Assembly: GCA_965203295.1 (NCBI GenBank)
Contig: CBDBCZ010000019.1
Span: 1,056,001 to 1,120,000, forward strand
Length of the DNA: 64,000 nt
Reading direction: 5' to 3'
From: Nitrospirales bacterium
GTDB lineage: Bacteria; Nitrospirota; Nitrospiria; Nitrospirales; UBA8639
Shown one piece after another: positions 21,432-31,452 of the stretch (positions within the stretch are counted from its first letter, which is position 1; each line of letters begins with the position of its first letter). A model generated the notes under the pieces. It was not told the origin of the DNA and made no database searches. It saw only the letters and a list, made by a program, of their open reading frames with translations. The position numbers and the translations under genes are program-made.

Positions 21432-22250
21432 GTGATGAAGACGAACTTCAACAAATGCGGACTCTGCCATGAAATGAAAGTACTTCAGAAGAGCCATCTT
21501 ATGCCAGCTGCCTTCTACAAACGGTGCAGAGGCACGAGAGGTGGTGCTAGCAGGGATCCAATGATGGTCATAGGGAACAAGGCTATCAAAACGTCTCTGC
21601 AGGTGCCTGAGCTGTTCTTATGCCGAGATTGCGAAAACTTGTTTTCGAAGAATGGAGAAAACTACGTCCTCGATCAAAGTGTTCAACCCGACAAGGGTCG
21701 GTTTCCTCTTCGTGAGTTCTTGCTAGATAACTGTTCACTTGTAAGCAATGACGATTATCAGATCTATGATGCCAAGCAGCTCCTAGGTCCTAAGGTAGAG
21801 CTCCTACTCTACTTTTCCGCGAGCGTTTTCTGGCATGCGTGTGCAAGGTCCTGGAAAGTACAGATATGCCTCGGACCGTATCAAGAGTCGTTCAGACGTT
21901 ATCTCCTCAGGCAGGCGCCGCTCCCGCAAAATGCACGAATATTTGTGTGGGTCGCCAGCGAGGATATACAAAAACTGTTGGCTGTGTTGCCTCCTCGCTC
22001 GGAAAGGATCACCGATGTGCCCAGTGTGCGTATGCACAAATTCTATATTCCCGGCCTTCTCTTTATCTTACTTCTCGGCCAGAAGATCACGAATGAGTTC
22101 GACAAAGGAGGACTGAACGGCACCTCGCAGCAGCTCATCTGGTTGCGTCCATGGAAAGATCCAGATGAGTCACTTTTCCAAACGTTCACACGCGAGGTGC
22201 GACAATCGGAATTTTTAGGGCAGCTACGCAGACACCCTCGGGTCAAATAA
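21432..22250 (+). CDS. Hypothetical protein with HNH-like zinc motif
   Basis: CGLC...SHLMP...LCRDCE.LFS; 272 aa open frame. Confidence 0.6.
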   Translation: MMKTNFNKCGLCHEMKVLQKSHLMPAAFYKRCRGTRGGASRDPMMVIGNKAIKTSLQVPELFLCRDCENLFSKNGENYVLDQSVQPDKGRFPLREFLLDNCSLVSNDDYQIYDAKQLLGPKVELLLYFSASVFWHACARSWKVQICLGPYQESFRRYLLRQAPLPQNARIFVWVASEDIQKLLAVLPPRSERITDVPSVRMHKFYIPGLLFILLLGQKITNEFDKGGLNGTSQQLIWLRPWKDPDESLFQTFTREVRQSEFLGQLRRHPRVK

Positions 22251-22266
22251 GCTATGCGTGGAAGAT

Positions 22267-22429
22267 GGGGTCGCGTCTTGCATTCATATATGCCTCTACT
22301 ACACACTGTGTTTGCTGAGAATCCTCGCGACAAGCAATGTCATAAACGAACCCCGCAAAAGCCAGAAGTCATGGACGAGCCATGTGTAGAGATTATGCTT
22401 CAGGCATGTAGTATTGCAAGACCTGACCC
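22267..22429. repeat. Short inverted-repeat-bounded element (GACCTGACCC-type ends)
   Basis: Left GGGGTCGCGTCTTGCA (22267-22282); right TGCAAGACCTGACCC (22415-22429). Confidence 0.55.
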
Positions 22430-22462
22430 TTAACTCTCACTATGTCGGTAAGTAAAAACGGG

Positions 22463-23827
22463 TTACCACTGGTGGGATGATTGGTTATTAAGGTTCCGTT
22501 CGTTCCATTCTTGGACAGCTTGACGTAACGTGACTGCTCCTCCTGGGATCAACCAGCATGTCGACCCTACATCATTTAGAGTGGAACCGCCTGCTCTGGC
22601 TTTCACGTGCAGGTAATTCGAGCTTATCGGGACTGGGTGGTAGTGGGTTTCGATCTGATACTGATTGATTTGGGGGTACTCCGTGATGGTTGGGTCTGGG
22701 ATACTGATGGTCGCATAGATATAAACGGTGTCTTCACTCACGTAGAGACCGCCATGAGTGATGGTTGCTCTAGTGGGTTTTCCACCGATCCAGTTCTGAA
22801 TGAGGGGGTTGGTGGCCTGTGCTGAGACAGTCACCGGCTCTTGTGTCGTGGATGAACTCCAGAAGTCAACCTCTGATGTAATATTTTTTCATTTCTTCTT
22901 CCTTTCCTTTTCTTTCTTCTTTTTCGGTTCCGGTTTTGTCTCCTTTGGCGGGGATATCGTGAGAGTCGTTGATGAGGTTACCGGTTCTTCAACCGATTCT
23001 TTAGCTTTCTTCGATGCCGTGGTTTGTCTTTTCTTTGCCTTTTCGATGGCGGTGTCGATCAGGGTATCCAACTCTGCAAGGCTTATTGCTTGCGCGAAGT
23101 AGTAATCGAAATCTTCTTCTGCATATTCGTATAGTGATCCACCGAACCCGAGCGATCGGCTGTATTTCTGACGAAGTTTCTTCTTTTGTTGCATCCCTTT
23201 TTTGTCGAGGTCTTGGTCTTCGAGACGTTGAATCGGGTTGATACGGGGATAGCGTTGAATCTGTTGCCCGGTTTTCTCAAAATAGCCTTGAAGGATTTCA
23301 CACCGTGGCTGAGGGAAGGCATGTGTTTTTTGAACGAGTATGCGGTCTAATAGCGTTCTCTGTGCAGCAAGTCTCGGGCTTTGATCGATTTGTGTTTTTA
23401 ACTGGAGATTGTTATTGATCAGGGCTTTGGAAAAATTGTTTTCAATTTCAAAAGATGGAAGCCCCGATTGTTAAGAAAGGAAGACGGAAGACTTAGTTTT
23501 TTTCTGAGCAGCGCGGTCGGCACTCGCTCTGCTTTGATTTGATTGATAACGTTGATCGCTCGCGGTTTTCATCGCTTCGAACATACTCCAGAAGTCTTCG
23601 AGAAACAAGGCATTTGTTTGAGTCGCAACGAATCGAACGTTATTGAGGGAAGAGGTCAAAACGTTTGTTGACTCAACGACGACTCTTACTTCTCTTCCTA
23701 AAGAATGCCGAAGAAGCAATACTAATCTCTGGGGAGAAAACAAGCCCTTTCTTAGGTGACCTAGAAAGTGCCCAAGCAGCAAGGTAACGAGCGCGGTCAG
23801 GATAATGACCCCAAGGTCTATGAACAC
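22463..23827 (-). pseudogene. Orphan ~450-codon gene split by two in-frame stops
   Basis: ORFs 23471-23827, 22889-23194 and 22463-22834 share one frame; the intervening stretches are stop-free apart from TAA 23471-73 and TGA 22889-91. Confidence 0.6.
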
Positions 23828-23870
23828 GTCATCGGGTTATCTTTTCCCTGAACTCGCTGTGCTGAAGTTT

Positions 23871-24965
23871 CTAGATTTGCGCTTTGACATCCAATTCGTG
23901 AGCCTTACGACCACCTCGGGCGAGTTTGCGATCTGGGACTTGCCCTTCAACCATCAACTTGGCCATATCCACGGCTCGAGTCACTAATTCCTGAGCGCCT
24001 TCCAGAAGCTCTTTACTCCGCTGGACGTATTGCACATTACGTTCCATGTCTTCGGCACTCCAGCCGCGGGAGTGGGCAATGAAGGGAAACTGTGGGAACT
24101 GGCAGCCGACTTCAGCGAAAAACCCAAGAAGCTGTCCAGCCACGTCCTGTACATTGTCCTGTCCTCCGGTGATGATGAAGGCGGCCATTTTGTTTTTGAG
24201 TAGGTGGCGGCCTGCGATGGTTTCCTGGTTCTGAATGCAGTTCATCCGTTCGACCATCTTGTAATAGAGACTGCTCGCGGTTCCCCAGCGGATCGGCGTG
24301 GCAACGAGAATGACATCGCCCCAATGAACGAAGGCTTCATAGACACGATCGAGTTGATCGTTCGGGGCCATCTGTGTGATGGAACAGGGCCACGTACAGG
24401 CACGTGCAGACTTTGAGTAGTAGCCTTCACAGGGGTGAAACGACAAAATGTATCGCGTTTCGACCTTAAGCTGTGTCCTGGCGTGGTCGAGCGCAACTTC
24501 CAGCAACGCATCTGACGTGCTGTATCGCGGATACTGCTGATTCACCACGGTGGTTGAAATGCCCGCGACGCGAATCGGACCATCTTATCGCACAGGCGGT
24601 CGTGCGAGGGGATGGGGTTCGTGGGGCTTCTTGCTGCGCTTGGTTGCAGATGAAAGGTCGACGTAGACACGGTCGTTCTCGACCTTCACGGCATACGCCG
24701 GAACATGATCCTCCTCGAACCCTGGCTCTCCCTGGCCTGTCTTGCGGTGGAATTTCCAATAATGCCAAGGACACACGACATAGTCTCCTTCCAGCCAGCC
24801 CTCGCCAAGAGGGCCACCGACGTGGTTGCACACGTCCAAAATGGCTGTCCATTCGCCGTCTTTGTAAACGATGGCAACTTTGGTTTTCCCATGGGTCATT
24901 TATGTTACCGGCCGTTGCTGCAGGTCGCGCACGTGGCCGACTTCGATCCATTCTCCGTCTGGCAT
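23871..24965 (-). pseudogene. Rieske [2Fe-2S]-flavodoxin/NADPH-FMN reductase fusion, two nonsense codons
   Basis: CNHVGGPL...CPWH Rieske motif; CEGYYSKS.RACTWPC, ATPIRWG; in-frame TAA at 24900-24902 and 24585-24587. Confidence 0.85.
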
Positions 24966-25084
24966 ATAGCCTCCTTGTCTAAGCCGACGACATGAAATTT
25001 ATTGAGTTGGAAGGGTTACTTGCATGGCGCTAGTCACGAGATGGGATCACTTCAATTTATCCCTTTCCCTTTGCATCGCTATTC

Positions 25085-25121
25085 TTGACGGATACTTTCT
25101 GTGATGCTAGTATTGCATCAC
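25085..25121 (+). promoter_or_regulatory. vapBC promoter with overlapping operator
   Basis: TTGACG-17 nt-TAGTAT; palindrome GTGATGC-N7-GCATCAC (25101-25121) covers the -10 box. Confidence 0.7.
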
Positions 25122-25163
25122 TATGAAACATATTATGATACACTTACTAGAAAGGATTAAGTT

Positions 25164-25418
25164 ATGGCGGTGACACTGAGAAATCTACCCAAAAAACTTG
25201 ATCAGTCTATTCAAAGACGAGCAAAGGAAAACGGCATCAGCGTCAATAAAGCAGTGATTTCCCTCTTGGAGGAAAGCCTTGGAATGAAATCCGGCAAGCC
25301 TCCAGCGGAATATCATGATCTCGATGCGCTTGCTGGAGCTTGGACGAAGGCAGAAGCCGATGCTTTTGATAAGCGATTGGCTAAGCAACGATTCATCGAT
25401 CCCGAACTTTGGGCCTGA
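25164..25418 (+). CDS. FitA/VapB-like ribbon-helix-helix antitoxin
   Basis: TLRNLP...RRAKENGISVN; TGATG overlap with the PIN gene. Confidence 0.85.
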   Translation: MAVTLRNLPKKLDQSIQRRAKENGISVNKAVISLLEESLGMKSGKPPAEYHDLDALAGAWTKAEADAFDKRLAKQRFIDPELWA

Positions 25419-25825
25419 TGCGAATTTTCCTCGATACCTCTGCCTATTCAGCCTTCTTGCGAGATCATAAGCAAATCAAGCACGTCATTCAACGAGCGGA
25501 AGCAATTTGGATTAGTGCCATCGTTCTTGGGGAATTGTACGCAGGGTTTATCCGTGGCCGACAAAGGCAGAAAAATGAGGACCTCTTAAACCAATTCTTG
25601 AGTTCGCCACGCGTTCATATTTCACCAGTGGATGAAGGAACGGCTGAACGGTATGCCGTTATTCTGAACGAATTTTGGAAAGCTGGTAACCCAATTCCGA
25701 CTAATGACCTGTGGATTGCAGCCAGTGTTATGCAATACGGACTGATCCTTCTGACGACAGACGCTCATTTCCTCAAAGTCTCTCAAATCATTGCTCGCCA
25801 TTTTTCCCCAAGTAGCTCACGATAG
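25418..25825 (+). CDS. vapC: VapC PIN-domain toxin
   Basis: LDTSAYS, VLGEL, IPTNDLWIAA, TTDAHF; acidic catalytic residues present. Confidence 0.9.
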   Translation: MRIFLDTSAYSAFLRDHKQIKHVIQRAEAIWISAIVLGELYAGFIRGRQRQKNEDLLNQFLSSPRVHISPVDEGTAERYAVILNEFWKAGNPIPTNDLWIAASVMQYGLILLTTDAHFLKVSQIIARHFSPSSSR

Positions 25826-25994
25826 CAGAAAACGGGGGAGTAAGTTTTGAAAAACCATATGTTTTGACCCAACAGAGGCAATCATGCGAAGGATTGCAGA
25901 TGGAAAAAAAGGCGAGGTCGATATTTGACACGGGGTTGAGAATAATGCGAAAAGACCGTTTCGACAAATCTACCTCTTATAAAGGAGAAGACAC

Positions 25995-26260
25995 ATGGCA
26001 AAAGCACGTGCCCGTCATATTTTGGATCAACAAAGGAAAAATGTGAGGACCTTAAAACACAAATTGAATCTGGTGGGGATTTTGCTGCCTTGGCGAAAGA
26101 CTATTCAACGTGCCCTTCAGGAAAACAAGGTGGAGACCTTGGGGAGTTTAGGCCCGGTCAAATGGTTAAGGAATTTGTTTAGTGGTGAGGTTGGAAAAGT
26201 CCACGGTCCCGTGCAGACCAAATTTGGGTACCATCTCCTCGAAATTACCAGCCGTATACT
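25995..26260 (+). pseudogene. ppiC: Parvulin peptidyl-prolyl isomerase, disrupted
   Basis: [10 protein letters not shown]; shifted-frame [46 protein letters not shown]. Confidence 0.8.
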
Positions 26261-26498
26261 CCCTAAGCCGCATACACTCCTTGACGTGTCGCCTCATTGT
26301 TCGTAGTTGCAGATACGTCGACATTCTCTAAAGACTGAGGGTCTTCCTTGGTTGATATCGAAGGAAACCCAATCAACCGAAAGTCGATAACCTTTCCTTC
26401 TTTGCCTCTATTCAAGGTATGAATGTAAAAATGTGTTTGTTTAATCGGGGCATGCCCCAAGGAATATATTGCGGTATGCCCCGATGCTTGGATAAAGA

Positions 26499-27040
26499 TT
26501 ACGGGGTTGGGCCTGCTTTGACGTCCAACACCTTCACGTCAAAGTACAAGGTTTTTCCTGCCAAAGGATGGTTGAAATCCAGCACAACCACTTCTTCTTT
26601 CATTTCTTTCACCATGGGGCGAATGATTCGGCCTTTTGGATCTTTGCCTTGTAGCTGCATCCCGACCTTTCGAGCATCTGGTGGAATCTGGTCGATGGGG
26701 ATTTCTTGATACCCACGTGGATCCACCTCTCCATATCCTTCTTTTGGATCTACGGTTACCTTTTTGCTTTCACCCGCTTTCATGCCTTCCAACGCCTGTT
26801 CCAGACCTGGAATAATTTGGTGAGATCCTTGTGTAAAGGTGAGAGGGTTACCTCCCACATTGGTTCTAAAACTGATTGATCTTCTAACGTCAGGGTGTAC
26901 TCCAGAGACACCATCGTTCCATCAGCAACCGTCATGCTGGATTCTCCTTCCGAGGATTCGGCATGGATAGATGTAGGAACTGCTCCTGCGACAAGCGCAA
27001 AGGCACACAAAATCTTTATGGTGAGTCGATGCAATACCAT
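26499..27040 (-). pseudogene. FKBP-type (SlyD-like) PPIase with signal peptide, frameshifted
   Basis: VSLEYTL in one frame; IIPGLEQAL and DFNHPLAGKTLYF in another; shift near 26860. Confidence 0.8.
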
Positions 27041-27432
27041 ACAACTGATCCTCCGCTTAGAGTATGTGGAAAATGTCGTCTGGAAAAGATCGCGGCTCTC
27101 AGCCAGGGGAGACAAAAAGGCGAGCGGTTCCACGATAGGAAATTATTAATAACATCATATCAAATCGATTGGTTCTGCGCTATCTGGTGAGGAGTAGGAA
27201 GTAGTTGAAACATTCCTTCTTGTCTATTTCGACTCTAGTTCATTAGGCTATTGGTTGGTTTGATCGTGGAAGGAATGGCGAAAAATATGATTATCACTCA
27301 AGATATTGAAACTGGGAAGGCTGGCTTGAGGGACCCCGATGAACGGATCATCAGAGCTAAAAGAGGGGTCAAAAGGCTACCTCAATATGTCTTCTACTTT
27401 TCTTTGAAAGCCGATTAGAAAAAGGAATAAAC

Positions 27433-28140
27433 ATGGAAGAGAGTCTGAAAATGAAGACGGGAATTCCCGTTTTTGCCACTATCGGGTGGCTCGTCATTCT
27501 CGTGGCCGGAATGCGCGCTGCTGATTCCATTTTAGTACCCTTTCTGTTCTCGGTGTTTCTGGCGATCATTTGTGGTGCTCCCGTTTTTTGGTTGAAGAGA
27601 AAAGGGGTGCCCTCGGCCATGGCTGTGCTGCTGGTCATGATTGGGGTCATGGAGATTGGAGTCGTTATCGTTGCCATGGTTGGCAATTCCGTCGGGGATT
27701 TCTCGCAAGCGCTCCCTCGGTACGAAGCCCGCCTTCATGAGGAAATGGGCTCCGTCTTGATGTGGTTGCAGAGGAGTGGAGTCGAGATCTCTATCCAAGG
27801 TCTGCCCAGCTACGTCGATCCGGGGGCTGCCATGCAACTAGGCACCAGAATGTTGACTGGGTTGGGAGAGATGTTCACCAACACCTTTCTAATTCTCCTC
27901 ACCGTCACGTTCATTTTATTCGAAGCTTCGACCTGTACGCAGAAATTGCAGATGGTATGGGGTCCGGGTAAGGTCTCTTTTGCCTCCTTCACCCAGTTTA
28001 CCCAGGACGTCCAGAGATTACTGGCCATCAAAACGATTGTGAGTATAGGAACCGGATTGGCTGTAGGGATTTGGGTGGCTGTGTTGGGTGTGGATTTCCC
28101 CGTCTTGTGGGGAATGTTAGCCTTTTTGCTGAACTACATC
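27433..28140 (+). pseudogene. AI-2E family transporter, 3'-truncated
   Basis: ILVPFLFSVFLAI...GVDFPVLWGMLAFLLNYI, then the sequence switches abruptly. Confidence 0.8.
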
Positions 28141-28492
28141 TATAGGTAAAGGTCGAGCCTTGTTCGCAGTGCTGTTCTAAATCTCCTTTGCAACTGTTGC
28201 ATCTGCGGCAGGAACCTACTAGGCATCCAACAGCAGCCGTATCGCCTTCTCTAAACTTCGATGCCTTAGAGCCGACCTTGGTGACATGGCCGACGATTTC
28301 ATGCCTTGGGACACAAAGGTAAACCGTATTGTGCCATTCGTTACGCGCTTGATGGATATCAGAATGGCAAACGCCGCAATAAAGAATCTCGATCTCCATA
28401 TCCTTTTCGCCTGGATCGCGACGGAAAATTTCGTGCATATTGAGTGGTTTATCAAACTGAAGGGCTGCATAGGCTTTAATCGTCTGTGTCAT
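28141..28492 (-). pseudogene. Zn-dependent NAD(P) alcohol dehydrogenase (YahK/AdhC-like), 3'-truncated
   Basis: YCGVCHSDIH, (G)HEIVG, VGCLVGSCRRCNSC...EQHC; ends at GSTFTY. Confidence 0.85.
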
Positions 28493-28663
28493 GTTTGCTC
28501 CTTCCGCATTTATAATAATAGGCCGGTCTAATATTATTGTTAACACAAATCTTAAGAAACTTACGAGGATCACTTATAGCTATAAAAGTTTCTTTAGCTA
28601 GAGTCTTTCTTATCCCTTAAAATTGCAACTGAGTCGGTTGCATCTCTCTGATAGGAGGATGAT

Positions 28664-29056
28664 ATTTTCGGTCCAATTACACTTCCATTCGGGGCGAAAA
28701 TGCTTTTCAACACGGTCAAGCTCAAGCCCGGCGTCAATTTCGACCAGGTCGAGCTGGCTGTTGGAGAAATGTGCATGGTCATCAAGGAAACCTACGGCGG
28801 AAAGAAAGGGGGATTTATTGCTGGACAGGTCTTCAAGTTCTACGGCTTCGTCTCCAACGAAGGCTCACTTAGTGACTCCAAGACTGCTGATGACCATTAC
28901 GCGATGGTGACATATTGGCACTCGTTTGAAGATCATCAAAAATCCCATGCTGACGAAGTCTTCCGCAAGACGTTCACCGCATTGAGCGACATGTGCTCTG
29001 ACACGAAGGAACTTGGATATGACATGCTGTGGCAGGGAGCCGCAGAGCCCCAATAG
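28664..29056 (+). CDS. Hypothetical dimeric alpha/beta-barrel-like protein; RBS-proximal codon is ATT
   Basis: GFIAGQVFK, VTYWHSFEDHQKSH; AGGAGG at 28653-28658 precedes in-frame ATT 28664; first ATG is 28700. Confidence 0.6.
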   Translation: MFGPITLPFGAKMLFNTVKLKPGVNFDQVELAVGEMCMVIKETYGGKKGGFIAGQVFKFYGFVSNEGSLSDSKTADDHYAMVTYWHSFEDHQKSHADEVFRKTFTALSDMCSDTKELGYDMLWQGAAEPQ

Positions 29057-29205
29057 CTTGAGCAACTTCAGTTAACCAGTTGTCAAGCCTGTCCAGATCC
29101 TGTCATGTCAATCCAAGACGAGTCTCACCATTCACAAAATCCATGGGCGTTCATCTTTCTCATCGCTTGTCCAATTTATCCACCAAAACACTGGAGGAAT
29201 TCCCA

Positions 29206-30132
29206 ATGCTCGATCTTTCCATTGATCATTTTATTCCGTGGATTGTCGCCACGTTGACACTCGTTGCTGATTCTGGATTCAGAATAATCCTACTCATCAT
29301 CGTGGCCTATCTTGCCGCGCGATCTGTGAGATTTGGCATTTCTCGACTCACCATCCTTCTCCTTCGAAGAAGTGAAGTAAAAGATGATGATCCTCCTGGT
29401 GCCTTAGAAAAACGGGTCAACACTTCTACAGGTCTCATAAAGACGATTAGCATCACCTTAATCTGGGCGATCACCATTGTCATGGCTTTGGCACAGGTTG
29501 GCCTTGATATTACTCCTATTCTTGCCAGTGCTGGAGTGATCGGAGTCGCCGTAGCGTTCGGTGCACAAAATCTCGTACGAGATATCATTGGTGGTTTCTT
29601 CCTTGTTCTTGAAAACCAGGTCCGTGTTGGTGATGTCGCTATTGTGAATGGGACCGGCGGATTAGTCGAAGCGATCACGTTCAGAACCATTACGCTTCGT
29701 GACTTAGCTGGTGTCGTTCATGTGTTCCCTAATGGAACCATTAATACGTTATCGAACATGACAAAAGGGTGGTCCGCCTATGTCATAGATGTCGGAGTCG
29801 CTTATAAAGAAGATACGGATCAGGTGGTTGCCGTCATGAAGGAGGTCGGTGATGAATTGCAAAGAGACTCAGATTACAGTCCTAAAATTCTTGAACCAAT
29901 AGAAATTTTTGGAGTTGATGGATTTGGTGAATCTGAAGTGGTCGTGAAAGCACGCCTAAAAACAATCCCTATCGAACAGTGGACGGTTGGCAGGGAATAT
30001 CGCAGAAGGCTCAAAAAGGCTTTTGATTCCGCAGGCATTGAAATTCCTTTCCCACATCGTACGTTGTATATGGGAGAAGCGAGCGGACCTTTTCAGTTTC
30101 AAAATCAAGGTGCTGTGATTTCCACAAACTAG
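29206..30132 (+). CDS. MscS-family mechanosensitive channel
   Basis: AVAFGAQNLVRDIIGG, VGDV, GLVEAITFRT, GIEIPFP; RBS GGAGG. Confidence 0.9.
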   Translation: MLDLSIDHFIPWIVATLTLVADSGFRIILLIIVAYLAARSVRFGISRLTILLLRRSEVKDDDPPGALEKRVNTSTGLIKTISITLIWAITIVMALAQVGLDITPILASAGVIGVAVAFGAQNLVRDIIGGFFLVLENQVRVGDVAIVNGTGGLVEAITFRTITLRDLAGVVHVFPNGTINTLSNMTKGWSAYVIDVGVAYKEDTDQVVAVMKEVGDELQRDSDYSPKILEPIEIFGVDGFGESEVVVKARLKTIPIEQWTVGREYRRRLKKAFDSAGIEIPFPHRTLYMGEASGPFQFQNQGAVISTN

Positions 30133-30176
30133 GCGCGATGTGTCGTCGCCCGTGATCTGACAGAGAGAAGGACCAT

Positions 30177-30539
30177 ATGCAAGGCCTTTCGACCATTGCC
30201 ATGATTATTTCTGTGGTGTGTTTTCCCCTCGCTTGCCTGGCTCTTCTTTATCCACACATCATCAGGCCGAGGGGACGATTGAGAGGGTTTTCTACTTACC
30301 TCCTGGCTTCCCTTTTCACTTTAATCGTTGCGGCCATGACCTCTTCTGAACAGAAGGCTGCCTTGCGTGATTGGGAATGGGAGGATTGGATGGTATTTGT
30401 GTCCTTGGCCGTTCCCATCGTTGCGTTTCTGATGAGGGGAAGACTGAGGAAGACTTCTGGGAAGAATACCCTAGTCTCTCTTCGGGGGAAAAAGAAGCAG
30501 GAAAAAGATAGACGTCCGAATATCGTCAAGAAGAAATAA
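30177..30539 (+). CDS. Hypothetical membrane protein
   Basis: Three hydrophobic segments and a basic tail. Confidence 0.55.
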   Translation: MQGLSTIAMIISVVCFPLACLALLYPHIIRPRGRLRGFSTYLLASLFTLIVAAMTSSEQKAALRDWEWEDWMVFVSLAVPIVAFLMRGRLRKTSGKNTLVSLRGKKKQEKDRRPNIVKKK

Positions 30540-30667
30540 AAAAATATTCTCAAAAGAATTTCTTCCATTTCAGTGACGTATTTTATTGATTTACCTGGAT
30601 TTCTTTGTGAAGCCAAGGCCTTTTCCCCGTTCCCCCTTCTTACCGCTAGGTGGCATTGAGCCTTACT

Positions 30668-30725
30668 TGGTATCTCCTTTGCTAGGCGATTTTTGATTGA
30701 CTCTGATGTTGGAGAGGCGTAGCAT
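30668..30725 (+). promoter_or_regulatory. Adjacent sigma54-like and sigma70-like promoter motifs
   Basis: TGGTAT-CTCCT-TTGC (GG-N10-GC) at 30668-30682; TTGACT-17-TAGCAT at 30697-30725. Confidence 0.45.
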
Positions 30726-30772
30726 TTTTACTGATACAAGGTTAGCCGTGAATAACAAGAAGGAGGTCTCTT

Positions 30773-30955
30773 ATGAAAGACCTAAGTCCGCCTGACCATG
30801 TAGGCCCGCTCGTCGGTCATGATGCCTCATACGGAGGTGGCGGGACTTCTGTTTTGACTGAGCCATTCCCCCCCTATCCGGAAGCGCCTATAGGCGATGT
30901 GGAAATCCACCCGAACTTCCGTTTGAGGAAATGGGGTAAACATTCTACAGAGTAG
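30773..30955 (+). CDS. Small hypothetical protein (frame continues past TAG to 31033)
   Basis: Strong RBS AAGGAGGT; flanked by promoter motifs and a terminator. Confidence 0.45.
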   Translation: MKDLSPPDHVGPLVGHDASYGGGGTSVLTEPFPPYPEAPIGDVEIHPNFRLRKWGKHSTE

Positions 30956-31065
30956 AAATCTAGAGTGGCCGGTAGAGGAATAGACAGAAGGTCCCCACAT
31001 TTCACCGGCAGTTGGGTCAAAAAGACAGATTGAGGCTCCAGCCAAAGGCAAGTAACAGTTGCCAG

Positions 31066-31106
31066 AACGAGCCGCTTCCCACAAGGAAGCGGCTCGTTTT
31101 ATTTTT
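31066..31106 (+). terminator. Rho-independent terminator
   Basis: Perfect 14-bp stem AACGAGCCGCTTCC/GGAAGCGGCTCGTT followed by a T-rich tail. Confidence 0.8.
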
Positions 31107-31452
31107 CCCGACTTTTTTATCAAGAAAACAAGGGGGAAGGTCCAAAGGACTTTTATTGTTAACGGTCTAAGGAAAGACACGAGGAGCATCAAGGTGCCAG
31201 ATTATAGGAAAAATGCCTATTGCACATATTGGCATTTTGACACCTTAAGATGACTCAGCGAGGGAAACTAAGTGTTTTCTTTTTTCTCATGGATCATAAT
31301 ACCGTTTTCACCTGTTATCCTTCGATTGTCAGATTGGACAGCTACGGTGAGAATCGTTGAGACATGTAGAATGGGTAGGATCTGTGCCGGAATGCTACCG
31401 TCATCGTCTAGAGGAAAGGTGGGCGAGACCTCATTGTGAAAGGGGAGTTTAT

